Positions 12,151-23,918 of a DNA stretch of 64,000 nucleotides are shown here, in pieces. The stretch is from Eledone cirrhosa (lineage: Eukaryota), in contig OZ024743.1 in NCBI GenBank assembly GCA_964016885.1, positions 95,790,001-95,854,000 of the forward strand. The letters run 5' to 3'. Every line of letters begins with the position of its first letter. Position 1 is the stretch's first letter. Under the pieces are notes generated by a model. The model saw only the letters and a program-made list of their open reading frames with translations. It was not told the origin of the DNA and did not search any database. The position numbers and the translations under genes were made by a program.

Positions 12151-13174
12151 ACGTTAAGAATGGAATACTCAGCCGTTTACACACTCATTTCATGAAAAAC
12201 TGGAAGACTCATCGTCGGAACTGACGCAAGTCGATTCCATAATAATAATTTTAAAAAAAAGATTCTGAGAAAAACTAGCCATATTGAAAACTGTAAAACT
12301 TTGCAGCAAATATGGAAAAACAAAATGAAGTGGCGGAATCAAACAGAAAAATCTTCAGGGGACATTTATATTGATCTCAAATGAAGATTCAAATAAATAT
12401 ATTAAGGGAATTTTCAAATATCTTGCATGGTGTATGGATAGAGAAGTAAACACTAGACATGAAATATGATTGAGAATGACATAAGCAACCAATGTCTTCA
12501 AAAACATTGTCAAAAATATTAATTTATATAATTATGTATTTCCTGTTTGGGATTTAGTTTAGAATGTTTAAGCTATTGCTCTGTATATGTTTTTATTCGC
12601 AAGAAATATTTCGTAATGGTAGAATGGTGCGTGTAGTTTTCTGGCATAATGACTCTCTCCTAAATATAGCTAAACCAAGTAAACGTCTGAAAAAGGCACC
12701 ACTAAAATGACTTAGAAGTGTGGAAGCAATTCTGTCATATGCATCAAGTATTGCTGTCACATAGAGAAATATTTCTGCCATCATGGAATATCTCTTGTGC
12801 ATAAAGATAAATACGGTGTAATAGATTAAACATTCTAAACTAAACAAAAGAAAGATTCTGAAAGCTGGAAATCAACCCAGAATCTAAAACAATTCTCACC
12901 AGCATTCAAGTAGTTCCAAAGTAATTTTTGTATGAAATTATGCCAATTAAAAACCAGCATAGACATGAAAACGTCAACTCAACTCCTAATATGTCATTAT
13001 TAAGAGACGAATGAATTACATAAGTGAGAATAATACACAAATCATGGAAGAATAACAAACAAGCATAGAAACTTGGTTTTTGTATTTGTTTTGTAAGGCT
13101 CTTTATATGAAATCATGTGTTGAAACAGATTATTTTTAATTTGGGAGAGTGGTGCGACCGATAAAAACACAAAC

Positions 13175-13278
13175 ACTGGGTTGATAAAATAAAGTACAAG
13201 TAATGCACTGTGGTCCATTAAATTGACTTTCCTCTCCCCGAAATGTGTTTGCCTTGTGCCTAAATCAGAAACCATTAT
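13175..13278 (+). mobile_element. 3' part of a SINE (7213 family)
   Basis: gataaaataaagtacaagtaatgcactg...ccttgtgcctaaatcagaaacc. Confidence 0.6.
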
Positions 13279-13609
13279 TCGCTAAGTAAGTTATCCATTC
13301 TTCGATTAGTTCAGCAGCCTTGTGGTTAATAAATTATCAAAGCTCTTTTCTCACACATTCTTTGACCTTAATAACAATTTCACCTTTTCTATCTCCTCTT
13401 CATTTTTATTCTGTTAAAACAAAAACAAAACAAATTGGATTAACTGGAGGAACTGACCCACCACAGTACCAGCACCACTTCTGTAGAACCATCATCTCGA
13501 AAGAAGCCTCTATTATTTCCCAAAGTGTAACCGACCTTTTCGACCTATTCGAAATAGATTTCTTCCAGCTTACCGAAATATTTCTTCCATCCACCTGTCA
13601 ACCACGACA

Positions 13610-14000
13610 ATTCCATGAGCAGTCAATACAGGTATTATAAAGATAAATCTACCAGAGACCTGCTTTCCTAATTCATTCACAAGATGGCTCTAGGTCTGAA
13701 AATTCGGTGAAAGATGTGTTGTTTCTCTCAACATCAACAATGTCTGGCATGCGAATATCTCATTGGAATTGGCCGCTTGTGTGCTTCATCCGTTTCACGT
13801 CCCTTAGATCATTAGATTTCTGGCAGATAACACTATCGTAGCGTATGCTGATCGAGATCTTTCTGACACACTCTATTAAAGATGGTGTACCCCAGGTTTT
13901 GATTTGTCCCCAATACTTGTTCTCCTTTACAACAACGACCCACATGCTATCAACTTCAACAGTACTTACTCTTTTGGAAATGATACCACTTCTCATATCT
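13610..14000 (+). pseudogene. Degenerate non-LTR (CR1/L2/Jockey-group) reverse transcriptase fragment
   Basis: Frameshifted remnants KSTRDLL, VWH, GVPQ, SPILVLLYNND and YSFGNDTT (compare GVPQGSVLSP.LF.LYIND and FADDT). Confidence 0.72.
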
Positions 14001-14284
14001 TCTTAACTCTCTGCACTCAGGCATCATTCAGATATAATCCTTCACGTCTTATCAGCATTATAGTCATGAATAACGACTACAAGTATTTTATGAAAAAACA
14101 TCATTACACATAAAGAAAATATTTTCGTGCTTTGCCCAGCATAAACATGAGCAGCCTGTAACTAGAACCTTCATGATCGTTTAAAATCTTATTTCTTACA
14201 AACTTTGAAGGTATTACGTCAGAGAACACCATCCTAAACATAACAAAAGCGATAGCTTAAATATTGTCCTTCCTCTTTCAATAT

Positions 14285-14550
14285 GGAGGTATATGACCTA
14301 GTGGTGACGGTGTTGGTTTTACAGTCATAATATCATGGGTTCAATTTCTAGATTTAGCAAAACACTACATTTCACGTTGTTCCAGTATACTCAGCTAAAA
14401 TGAGTACCAACACCATTAGCTGGGGGGAATCAACCTTGCGATGGACTCGCGTCTTTTCCAGGGTGTTGTCTTGTAGTGAGAGTCACTTCACGCCACAGAA
14501 ACTGGGTTAAGTCCCGGCCTGGTGAACTTCCGTGCACGAGACAGACTTAA
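14285..14550 (+). mobile_element. Old tRNA-SINE with MetaSINE-like central domain
   Basis: tgacctagtgg and gggttcaattt boxes, aaaacactacatttcacgttg, gcgatggactcgcgtcttttccaggg, cttcacgccacagaaactggg. Confidence 0.6.
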
Positions 14551-14734
14551 AAAGAAAAACCTATTCCACACCGTAAAATACTTCAACCTCTGACAAGTAC
14601 CAACCCTCTACAAAGCTTAGATGGTACTACTTCTGCTCTCATCCTAAACTATATCTAATATGGGTCGATTGGTATGAAGTCGCTCACAGACACAATACAG
14701 CGTTTGACAGATTGTCTCCTCTTTCTGATCTTTA

Positions 14735-14856
14735 TACTAATATCGCTGAAGCTCACGGTGGAGATGACGAAGGACCGTGAGAGATGCAGTGCTGAATAGC
14801 ACCCGCCCCACCATTGCAAGTAGGGAAAAGCGCGCGTAAAATGATGATGATGATGT
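14735..14856 (+). mobile_element. 3' end of an RTE-group LINE with (ATG)n tail
   Basis: Reads LKLTVEMTKDRER (compare A.DR..WR at RTE ORF ends), then a short UTR ending in atgatgatgatgatg. Confidence 0.55.
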
Positions 14857-16477
14857 TGATCACTGTAACTCTTTTTCTCGAAGGTCTCTGGCCTCGTGTC
14901 TTCTCCACTCAGGCATTCTCAATTCACTCGTGTCTCTATCTCTTATCACTCAGATTGTTTCTCTCCACCAAACACTTTCCTAGCCATACCTCCTAGCCCC
15001 CCCCCCTCTTCAGAATGTCGATTCTCTGGAGTTCTCTTCCTATGCAAATGATTGGCCCAGTCGAAGTGTAACGTTAACAACACCAATCTCCCCAATTTCA
15101 AAGGGTGTGTGAAGGTTGTGGGTACAATCCTTTTCTCCACACTAATTAAATTAAGAAACACATGTTCCATTATTTAAAGAATTGATAATTACATCTGCTG
15201 TTAGAAATGAAATTTAGAAGTCAATTTCACATAGCCACATTTGCTTATTACACTGTTAGAAATGGAATTTAGAAGTCAATTTCAAAGACAAAATAGGAAA
15301 TTAAAATACTTTCTCACAATTAATCTGCTTTTTCCGATAACATTGTCTTCATTTATTTTAAATGGAATTTTTTAACGACTAATTATTTCTTATTTTCATT
15401 CTATCCTTTATTTTCTCTCTTTTATCAACACCCCACACAATTCCACCTCATCCTCTCCATTATCCTCTTCCCTGTTTTCATCTCCCCTATTAATTCTTAT
15501 TTTTCAATTATTTCTGCTTCAATCTGCTTCAGATTTTTGCCATGTTGAATGCATATATTTCCTTATTTGGGTCATCCTAGTGCAACTTATAGACATTTTA
15601 ATGAAATCCAGCGTTCGGGAAATAGTTATCTCGAATTCTGGTATAGGTGGCGAGTTGCGTTCTTGAGCAAAATACTTTATTTATGTCTGAACGTAAATAC
15701 AATTAACCTCCGCATAATTTCCGTCTACTACATTCCACTTATTGGTCGACCAAAAACTATGGTACTTGATACATCTAACGTTGAAATACAACTCTAAATC
15801 ACATACTGTAAAACAAACATTTTAAACACAGGGCCAGTGTCTATTTACTGGAAGTGTTTATCAACCAAGTAACTCCCATGTTCCTCGTAGGAATTATGCA
15901 ATGTTGTTACAACAGTCAAACCGGTATTGGAAGACAATAATATCAAAGATCAGTTACATATACAATTGCTTTCTCCGACACACAATACATATTTTCATAT
16001 ATCTGTTAATTTCATACCGACACACAATTGTCATATATCGAATGTTTCATGGATCGAATGTTAAAGATATTTCGTATTACATATAAGTATCTCGGTTCTG
16101 TTGGCTATTATCAATATAAATATTTTGTCAATATTATATATGGTAGATAACTTCTATAGTGAAGGCTCAAAAATGTATGAAATTGAAGTTAAGACTTAGC
16201 AAATGTGACGACGAACAGCGAACATTCTTCTTTAAAGACATTCATAAAAAGAAAGAGAAGGTTTGAAATTGATAGTGGATTACCTCAATGAATAATATCA
16301 GATAAAAGTCAATAACATTTAATTATTACTTATGCTGTTGTATAATTAAACGTAACCTTCCTAACAAGCAATTCGATGCTGCATAATTATAAGTATATTT
16401 ACAGGCAGCAATGTTACGAATAAGGACGGTGTAGTAAATCGATAATATAGGTTTTTGTAGGAAAAGTAGCTTAAAAA

Positions 16478-16506
<29 letters not shown>

Positions 16507-16510
<4 letters not shown>

Positions 16511-17262
16511 CAATTAAGTTAAAAATTACATCTACATATGCATACTGAAATACTAGTGTGTATATGAATACACACACGTATACATATGTATATGTAACAA
16601 GTCTTTCACTGGTTGCTTTACTGTGAGCACCCAGCTATTCTGTATGTAAACACACAGACAAACCGGTTTTTGAGGGAACACCTTCCCTCTATTTTCCAGA
16701 AAGCCAGACAAGGAATATTGAACTAGTTTCGTTGTTGTTACAACTCATCAGCAATATTTACCTATCTACCGGCCTTTCTGGAGAATTGTAAAAGCACATA
16801 TCGTTATATGCTTTTTCTATGAAAATTAGTAGTGGGCAGACTAATTTGCATAGAGTGTGAGTACGCACCGGTTCAGCGGAGACGATAAAAACAAATGACG
16901 AAACGAAATTAAATTTCGTTTCGTTTGTAACTCACTTTTGTATGACTGACGCTTAAACAATTAAGTTAAAAATTACATCTACATATGCATACTGAAATAC
17001 TAGTGTGTATATGAATACACACACGTATACATATGTATATGTAACAAGTCTTTCACTGGTTGCTTTACTGTGAGCACCCAGCTATTCTGTATGTAAACAC
17101 ACAGACAAACCGGTTTTTAGAGTCATACTGGTTTTTGAGGGAACACCTTCCCTCTATTCTCCAGAAAGCCAGACAAGGAATATTGAACTAGTTTCATACA
17201 AAAGTCATACAAAAGTGAGTTACAAACGAAACGAAATTTAATTTCGTTTCGTCATTTGTTTT
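16507..17262 (-). mobile_element. Non-autonomous PLE-type/retrozyme-like element: partial tandem repeat plus inverted segment
   Basis: 16507-16730 is repeated at 16954-17195, and 16887-16947 is inverted at 17203-17262. It carries an HHR and sits in (TA)n. Confidence 0.7.
16714..16758 (-). ncRNA. Minimal type-I hammerhead ribozyme
   Basis: Minus strand: aatattg-CTGATGA-gttg(taacaa)caac-GAAA-ctag-TT-caatatt. 7-bp stem I, 4-bp stem II, palindromic stem III (aactagtt). Confidence 0.85.
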
Positions 17263-17274
17263 CATTTGTTTTTG

Positions 17275-17308
<34 letters not shown>

Positions 17309-17320
17309 CGTGTGTATATA

Positions 17321-17575
<255 letters not shown>

Positions 17576-17701
17576 TTTTTTAAGCTACTTTTCCTACAAA
17601 AACCTATATTATCGATTTACTACACCGTTCTTATCCGTATTTGATATATATTTATCCTTATCGAGCCCTCTTTGGATTTTAGTCTTCAAATTTATAATTA
17701 T

Positions 17702-17785
<84 letters not shown>

Positions 17786-17793
<8 letters not shown>

Positions 17794-18572
17794 CGTAAAA
17801 TAAGAAAATTATAAAATTAACTTACGTACTAAAATTTCACTCCCAACTAATTAGTTTCTGAAATGGAATAAATATTCTTTCCGAAGAAAGTACAGAGAAT
17901 GTTTATAATTTTCTTATTTTACGTCTCTCATATTATTGTTCTGCAACCCCATGCATTGAACCACAAAGTTACTAAGACAAAACCTATATATTTGCTACCA
18001 TTGATATGCATCTGTATGTATATATATGTTACTAGATATTAATTCTTTATAATTATCTCCAAATTATTTGTCGAGCAATATTGGCCAAGACTGCTGCTAT
18101 GGTAGCAGGCAGGCCGCTGTCTTACTAACAAACCACTTTCCACTGATTGACCTCGATGTCACGTGATTGATTCTTTTTGAATTTGCCACCGACGCAGAGG
18201 CAGTGATTTTCTCAATGGCTAGGAATTCAGTCCACGCTTTGCTATTTTCTATCCACTGAATTATTTTTGTATAAGTTTCCAGAGTCCTCGCTTTGCCTGG
18301 ATACTTAGCTGAGAATAGTCTTCCCTGACGACGAAATGCTTCTCTGTACTTTCTTCGGAAAGTATATTTATTCCATTTCAGAAACTAATTAGTTGGGAGT
18401 GAAATTTTAGTAAGTAAGTTAATTTTATAATTTTCTTATTTTACGTCTCTCATATTATTGTTCTGAAACCCCATGCATTGAACCACAAAGTTACTAAGAC
18501 AAAACCTATATATTTGCTAGCATTGATATGCATCTGTATGTATATATATGTTACTAGATATTAATTCTTTAT
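17786..18572 (+). mobile_element. Short element with about 150-bp direct terminal repeats and an inverted 5' appendage (PLE pLTR-like architecture)
   Basis: 17902-18049 approximately equals 18424-18572 (direct), and 17786-17899 is the reverse complement of about 18340-18455. Flanked by TA repeats. Confidence 0.65.
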
Positions 18573-19013
18573 ATATATAAATATATTGTGTGTGTGTTAT
18601 TACACGGAACAAAGGCGCTACCTAATGTTTCAAGGACGAATAGTGACTATATCCACAGAATGTAAGAAGGATCAAGATTGTACCCTAATCTTCAGGTGCT
18701 TATAATAGTCTATAAGATACCGTTAAGAGTAATGCGTGCTAAAACAGTAGTTTACGAAAAATGTATTACAACAAAGGGAAATAACTCCAAAATGTAAATT
18801 TGAAATAGTGAAAGTGTACACGTGTTAGTATTTGTAGGCTGTAAAAGGCGAAAGATTTATCCGCTCGGGGTGAGGAGAAACCAGTATTTGTGGGCTGTAG
18901 GAGCTGTATGGTAATATGTGTATCTGCATATATAGACATTTTCATCCCCCACGAACGATGTTGAGTTACATTATTATGTTAAGATGTAATGTATATTACT
19001 GACTAATTTTCAC

Positions 19014-19041
<28 letters not shown>

Positions 19042-19044
<3 letters not shown>

Positions 19045-19169
19045 GGAGAAAGTATGACCCCGACGGCAGAGCTCAAGCCGTTTCGGCGGCTATTTCTGGA
19101 CTAAAGTTTAGTCCAGAAATAGCCGTCGAAACGGCTTGAGCTCTGCCGTCGGGTCATACTTTCTCCTAT
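19042..19169. repeat. Near-perfect 128-bp palindrome
   Basis: Arms ataggagaaagtatgaccccgacggcagagctcaagccgtttcggcggctatttctggactaaa and its complement around a single G at 19106; one mismatch and one 1-nt indel. Confidence 0.95.
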
Positions 19170-19255
19170 TACCCACTCTACTACCCTAAGTATTGAGTAC
19201 CCTGGTGCGTTATGGTCCATCTGGTTCCTTACCACAACTTATATACTTATATCCG

Positions 19256-19351
<96 letters not shown>

Positions 19352-19494
19352 GTATACATATAGTTAGGGAAGCAGAAAATTGCTTATTGTGATCCAGTTC
19401 GTGGTTAAGAAAGCCAGTTTCATGGACGGTTTCAACGTACGGTTAGCGGTAACTCCACAAGTTTGTAAGAATTCCGTTCAATCTTGGAGTGTAA

Positions 19495-21081
19495 AGTATA
19501 AAAGAGAAAACACAGGTAAGCATTAAGAGAAGGATTTTATCCAGGTATTTACGACCGTTTCATTGGTAAGTGCAACCTTATATTGCTATACTGCAAATAG
19601 CAGCCGCTCAATTATAATTGTTGTTCACGTCCAAATTTTCAAAATAGTGAGTAAATTACTCTTGAAATAGTTCTTAATATATAGAGAAAAACATTTTTTG
19701 GGAATTGTATTTACTAGTATAGAGAGAGAGGAAGAGGAATTAGAAAGTGAGGGGACAAACGGAATAGTATAGAGAGAGAGGAAGGGGGAGAAGAGTTAGG
19801 AAGTAGAGTGACAAACTGAGATGGAGGGAGGGGTAGAGGTGGAAGGATTCATTGATCAGTTTTGATATGTCGACTTCATGTCGTCGAATGTAGTGAGTTA
19901 AAGAGAATTAAATTGATCATAGTGGGAGGGATGGAGAGAGAGGGGGGTATAAAGAGATAAGTATATATATAAAAAATAAAGATAAAAATAAAAGTTTACC
20001 AATGCACAGTGGAATCAGACAACCAGAAATGGTATTACATCGGAGCGACCGGGAATACATTTAAAGCCCGTTGGTATACACACCGTTACGCAATGAAACA
20101 TTCCCCACATCGTTATGTAACTACCCTTGCAAACAAGACCTGGCAACTGAGGGAAAGTAACCATCAATACACCCTGAAGTGGAAAAAATTATCGAACGCG
20201 CCCCTTATCAGTGTGGTATGAGAAGCTGTCGATTGTGAACTTGAGCTGTTCCACATTTTGAGTTCGAAGAATAAGTTACTCAACAATAAAATCGAAAGAT
20301 CAATTTATTGTAACCATAGACTCAAAGAAAGGTTTTCGCACTACAAGTGCAAATCGAACCCTTAACCTCTTACTACCAACTGACAAACTGCATATACTTA
20401 GACTTTATACCCTCTTATTGTATCTAACCCCTTTAATTACCCACAAAAACCAATACCTATATCCCTACCTTCTCCTTCATTCCTCTTCTATTTCTTCGTT
20501 TTCTTCCTTTCTCCCCCCACCCCCTTTTTGTCTATCTTTTCTTTTCTTCTTTCTCCCCCCTTCTTTACTTTTATTTTTATCATTATTATTTTTATCTTTA
20601 TTTTTTATATATATACTTATCTCTTTATATCCCCCCCCCCCCTCTCTCTCTATATATATCTCTCTCCATCCCTCCCACTATGACCAATTTAATTCTCTTT
20701 AACTCACTACATTCGACGACATGAAGTCTACGTATCAAAACTGATCAAGGAATCCTTCCACCTCTACCCCTACCTCCATCTCAGTTTGTCACTCTACTTC
20801 CTAACTCTTCTCCCCCTTCCTCTCTTTCTATACTATTCCGTTTGTCCCCTCACTTTCTAATTCCTCTTCGTCTCTCTCTATACTAGTAAATACAATTCCA
20901 AAAAAATGTTTTTCTCTATATATTAAGAAGTATTTCAAGAGTAACTTACTCACTATTTTGAAAATTTGGACGTGAACAACAATTTACAGTATAGCAATAT
21001 AAGGTTGCACTTACCAATGAAACGGTCGTAAATACCTGGATAAAATCCTTCTCTTAATGCTTACCTGTGTTTTCTCTTTTA

Positions 21082-21085
<4 letters not shown>
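19495..21085 (+). mobile_element. 3' fragment of a Naiad-like Penelope element with an inverted copy of its 3' repeat
   Basis: About 20000-20365 encodes YYIGATGNTFKARWYTH...TTLANKTWQLR...LKWK...C.L...LLNNKIE...CNHRLK, a GIY-YIG with Naiad-type extra Cys/His. 19495-~19990 is the reverse complement of ~20570-21085. Confidence 0.75.
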
Positions 21086-21155
<70 letters not shown>

Positions 21156-21524
21156 TAAAAGAAGTTGGCACCCTTAACTCACCCTTAACTCACAGTTGGG
21201 TGCGGATGCATTCATGTATATATGTGTGTGTCCGCATGTATCTGTGTGTTTTTAAATATATTAATAACTCCCTCTGGTCGAGCAATCTTTGAAGTGTGGG
21301 GACAACTGGAAAGCTTCCATTACTCATACTTCTCGCCTTCTTCACTACCTCTTCTACGGCCTCGATATGAATACCCCCTCCGCCTCCGTGGTGTTTTCTT
21401 CGTGGTTATAAGAGGCTTAGCTCTGTTTCTCGACCGTTATATCGCGTGACTATCTCCCCCTCCGCCTTTTGGGATTCTTTCTCACGTCGTGTAGACGCGT
21501 TCTTGAGACTAGTAAAATGAGGTA

Positions 21525-21612
21525 TCCTCTTGATAAGTCGGCAGACCTCGCAAGGACTCTATATCTTTGATATATTGTTTTTGTTTATGCCACGAAACTA
21601 CGTAGTCGAGGA
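21525..21612 (+). ncRNA. Type-I hammerhead ribozyme, U3-A8 core variant, extended stem II (copy 1)
   Basis: tcctc-TTGATAA-gt(c)ggca...tgccac-GAAA-ctacgtag-TC-gagga; predicted cleavage after C21607 (GUC). Confidence 0.8.
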
Positions 21613-22115
21613 ATTTAGGAACAGTTTAGGTATGATACATTTTATTACTAATTATATCTAAATGTTTCTTCTCTCTTCATAATGTATTTTTAACTCTGAT
21701 ACTGGTTCAGTCTAGTTCAAACTGAATTGGTCTGTCCCAGTCATTCATTGAGCAACATCGGTGAAGTTGGCACCCTTAACTCACAGTTGGGTGCGGATGC
21801 ATTCATGTATATATGTGTGTGTCCGCATGTATCTGTGTGTTTTTAAATATATTAATAACTCCCTCTGGTCGAGCAATCTTTGAAGTGTGGGGACAACTGG
21901 AAAGCTTCCATTACTCATACTTCTCGCCTTCTTCACTACCTCTTCTACGGCCTCGATATGAATACCCCCTCCGCCTCCGTGGTGTTTTCTTCGTGGTTAT
22001 AAGAGGTTTAGCTCTGTTTCTCGACCGTTATATCGCGTGACTATCTCCCCCTCCGCCTTTTGGGATTCTTTCTCACGTCGTGTAGACGCGTTCTTGAGAC
22101 TAGTAAAATGAGGTA

Positions 22116-22203
22116 TCCTCTTGATAAGTCGGCAGACCTCGCAAGGACTCTATATCTTTGATATATTGTTTTTGTTTATGCCACGAAACTACGTAGTCGA
22201 GGA
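22116..22203 (+). ncRNA. Type-I hammerhead ribozyme, U3-A8 core variant (copy 2)
   Basis: Identical to copy 1; predicted cleavage after C22198. Confidence 0.8.
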
Positions 22204-22376
22204 ATTTAGGAACAGTTTAGGTATGATACATTTTATTACTAATTATATCTAAATGTTTCTTCTCTCTTCATAATGTATATATATATATATATAGTAATAA
22301 TAATAAATGTGAAGACTAAAATCCAAAGAGGGCTCGATAAAGATAAATATATATCAAATATATAAGAACCGTAGTG

Positions 22377-22422
<46 letters not shown>

Positions 22423-22584
22423 TATATATACATATACATACATATATATATATATAGTGAAAGAGTGAAGAATAACATTGTCGGCTGTCCAAAGAGGCTC
22501 TTATTTACAGTATTAACAATTGTTTCATTGATCAGGTGAGTCTAAAGGCCGGTTATCACTCGACCTTAAATACAGTGTGTGTCT

Positions 22585-22639
22585 CCGATGCGTTATGTCC
22601 TTGAGCAAAACACTTTATTTCACGTTACTCCTTCTACCT

Positions 22640-22641
<2 letters not shown>
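22585..22641 (+). mobile_element. SINE fragment (9165 family)
   Basis: gtccttgagcaaaacactttatttcacgttactccttctacctgg. Confidence 0.65.
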
Positions 22642-22723
<82 letters not shown>

Positions 22724-23205
22724 TAGCGAGAATCGTATTTCGGCTTTGGAAATTAGCGATAAACAACTTCCGAGATGTGTGGCAAGCGCTCAATAATTCT
22801 AACGAACCAGAGCTACAAAATACGTTAAAAGGCCAAACACACTGAGACGATGGTTAAACCATTATCCGCACAGCCATAGAAACAACCAAGTAATTCGCGT
22901 CAAACAGATAAAAAAATGTGATTGAATAATTTACCCGGACCACTGGATGGTTGGTAAAAATCCAGCATTTGGGTTTCTGCGACTCCTAAATCAAGTACTG
23001 TCCGCTTAGACAAATAATGTTAGGCTTCTGGTAAGATGATTGAACAAGGAAGTCACCAGGCTTTTAGTTCAAGTGCCAGGCCAAGGATCTCGACAAGGGA
23101 GGCAACCCTTAATTTTTGGCGGATGAATTCAGTATGTGTATATTATTGCAAAATTGCAAAATATCACAAAACGAATTAAGTTCTCTACAGAATGGTTTTA
23201 AAGTT

Positions 23206-23294
<89 letters not shown>

Positions 23295-23714
23295 CGGTGA
23301 CATCAGCTGATATTAAAACATGTTGACATTTTCATTCCCTACGAAGGATGTTTAATTATATAATATATAAATATACTATACTATTTGAAGACAGGACAAC
23401 TCAGAGAAAAAGAAACAGTAAATATACCATACATACACCCTGAAGATATTTACAGAATCTCAATACAGTATTTTGTCGTAATATTTTTCATCAAATACAT
23501 CAGATAATCTTAGAGTAGATTATTGAAAATAAAAAATATAAATTGTTACACAATAACATGTAAAAATGAAACAGTAAGATATGTTAGCAATTAAAGATTT
23601 CCCATTTATTGGTTTTATATGATTGTATGATACATGTATCAGTAATGTTTAAAGAGCCAATTATTAACTGACAAATTCTAGCAAACTTGCTTGGAAAATA
23701 GAGTCTTCTCCAGT

Positions 23715-23918
23715 ACACAGACACACAAACACACGTACATACACACACTCACATACACACGCTCTCTCTCCCTCTTTCACTCACACACACACTCTCTCTG
23801 TCTCTCTCTCTCACACACACGTACACACACTCACACACACACACTCTCTCTCTCTGTCTCTCTCACACACACTCACACACACACACACGTACACACACTC
23901 ACACACACACTCACACAT
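23715..23918. repeat. Degenerate (CA)n/(CT)n microsatellite
   Basis: Direct inspection. Confidence 0.9.

Larger units (their letters stand above)
21161..22278 (+). mobile_element. Retrozyme-like non-coding tandem repeat, 591-bp unit, about 1.9 copies
   Basis: Near-identical copies offset by 591 bp (ORFs 21222 and 21813 translate identically). Each copy carries an HHR; flanked by (TA)n. Confidence 0.8.

Noticed and set aside
15197-15284. 32-bp direct duplication (ctgttagaaatg.aatttagaagtcaatttca); likewise an 18-bp duplication at 24525-24566
   Set aside because: Ordinary local slippage duplications with no further structure.
15820-16000. GQCLFTGSVYQ, resembling the start of a Naiad GIY-YIG domain
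   Set aside because: No downstream YIG or other motifs could be recovered by eye; too degenerate to call.
21222-22040. Duplicated 75-aa ORF in the 591-bp repeat
   Set aside because: It starts within a TA/TG run, has no recognisable motif, and its identity simply reflects the recent duplication.
22720-23110. Possible old LINE ORF2 fragment
   Set aside because: Composition is suggestive, but no diagnostic endonuclease or RT motif was found.
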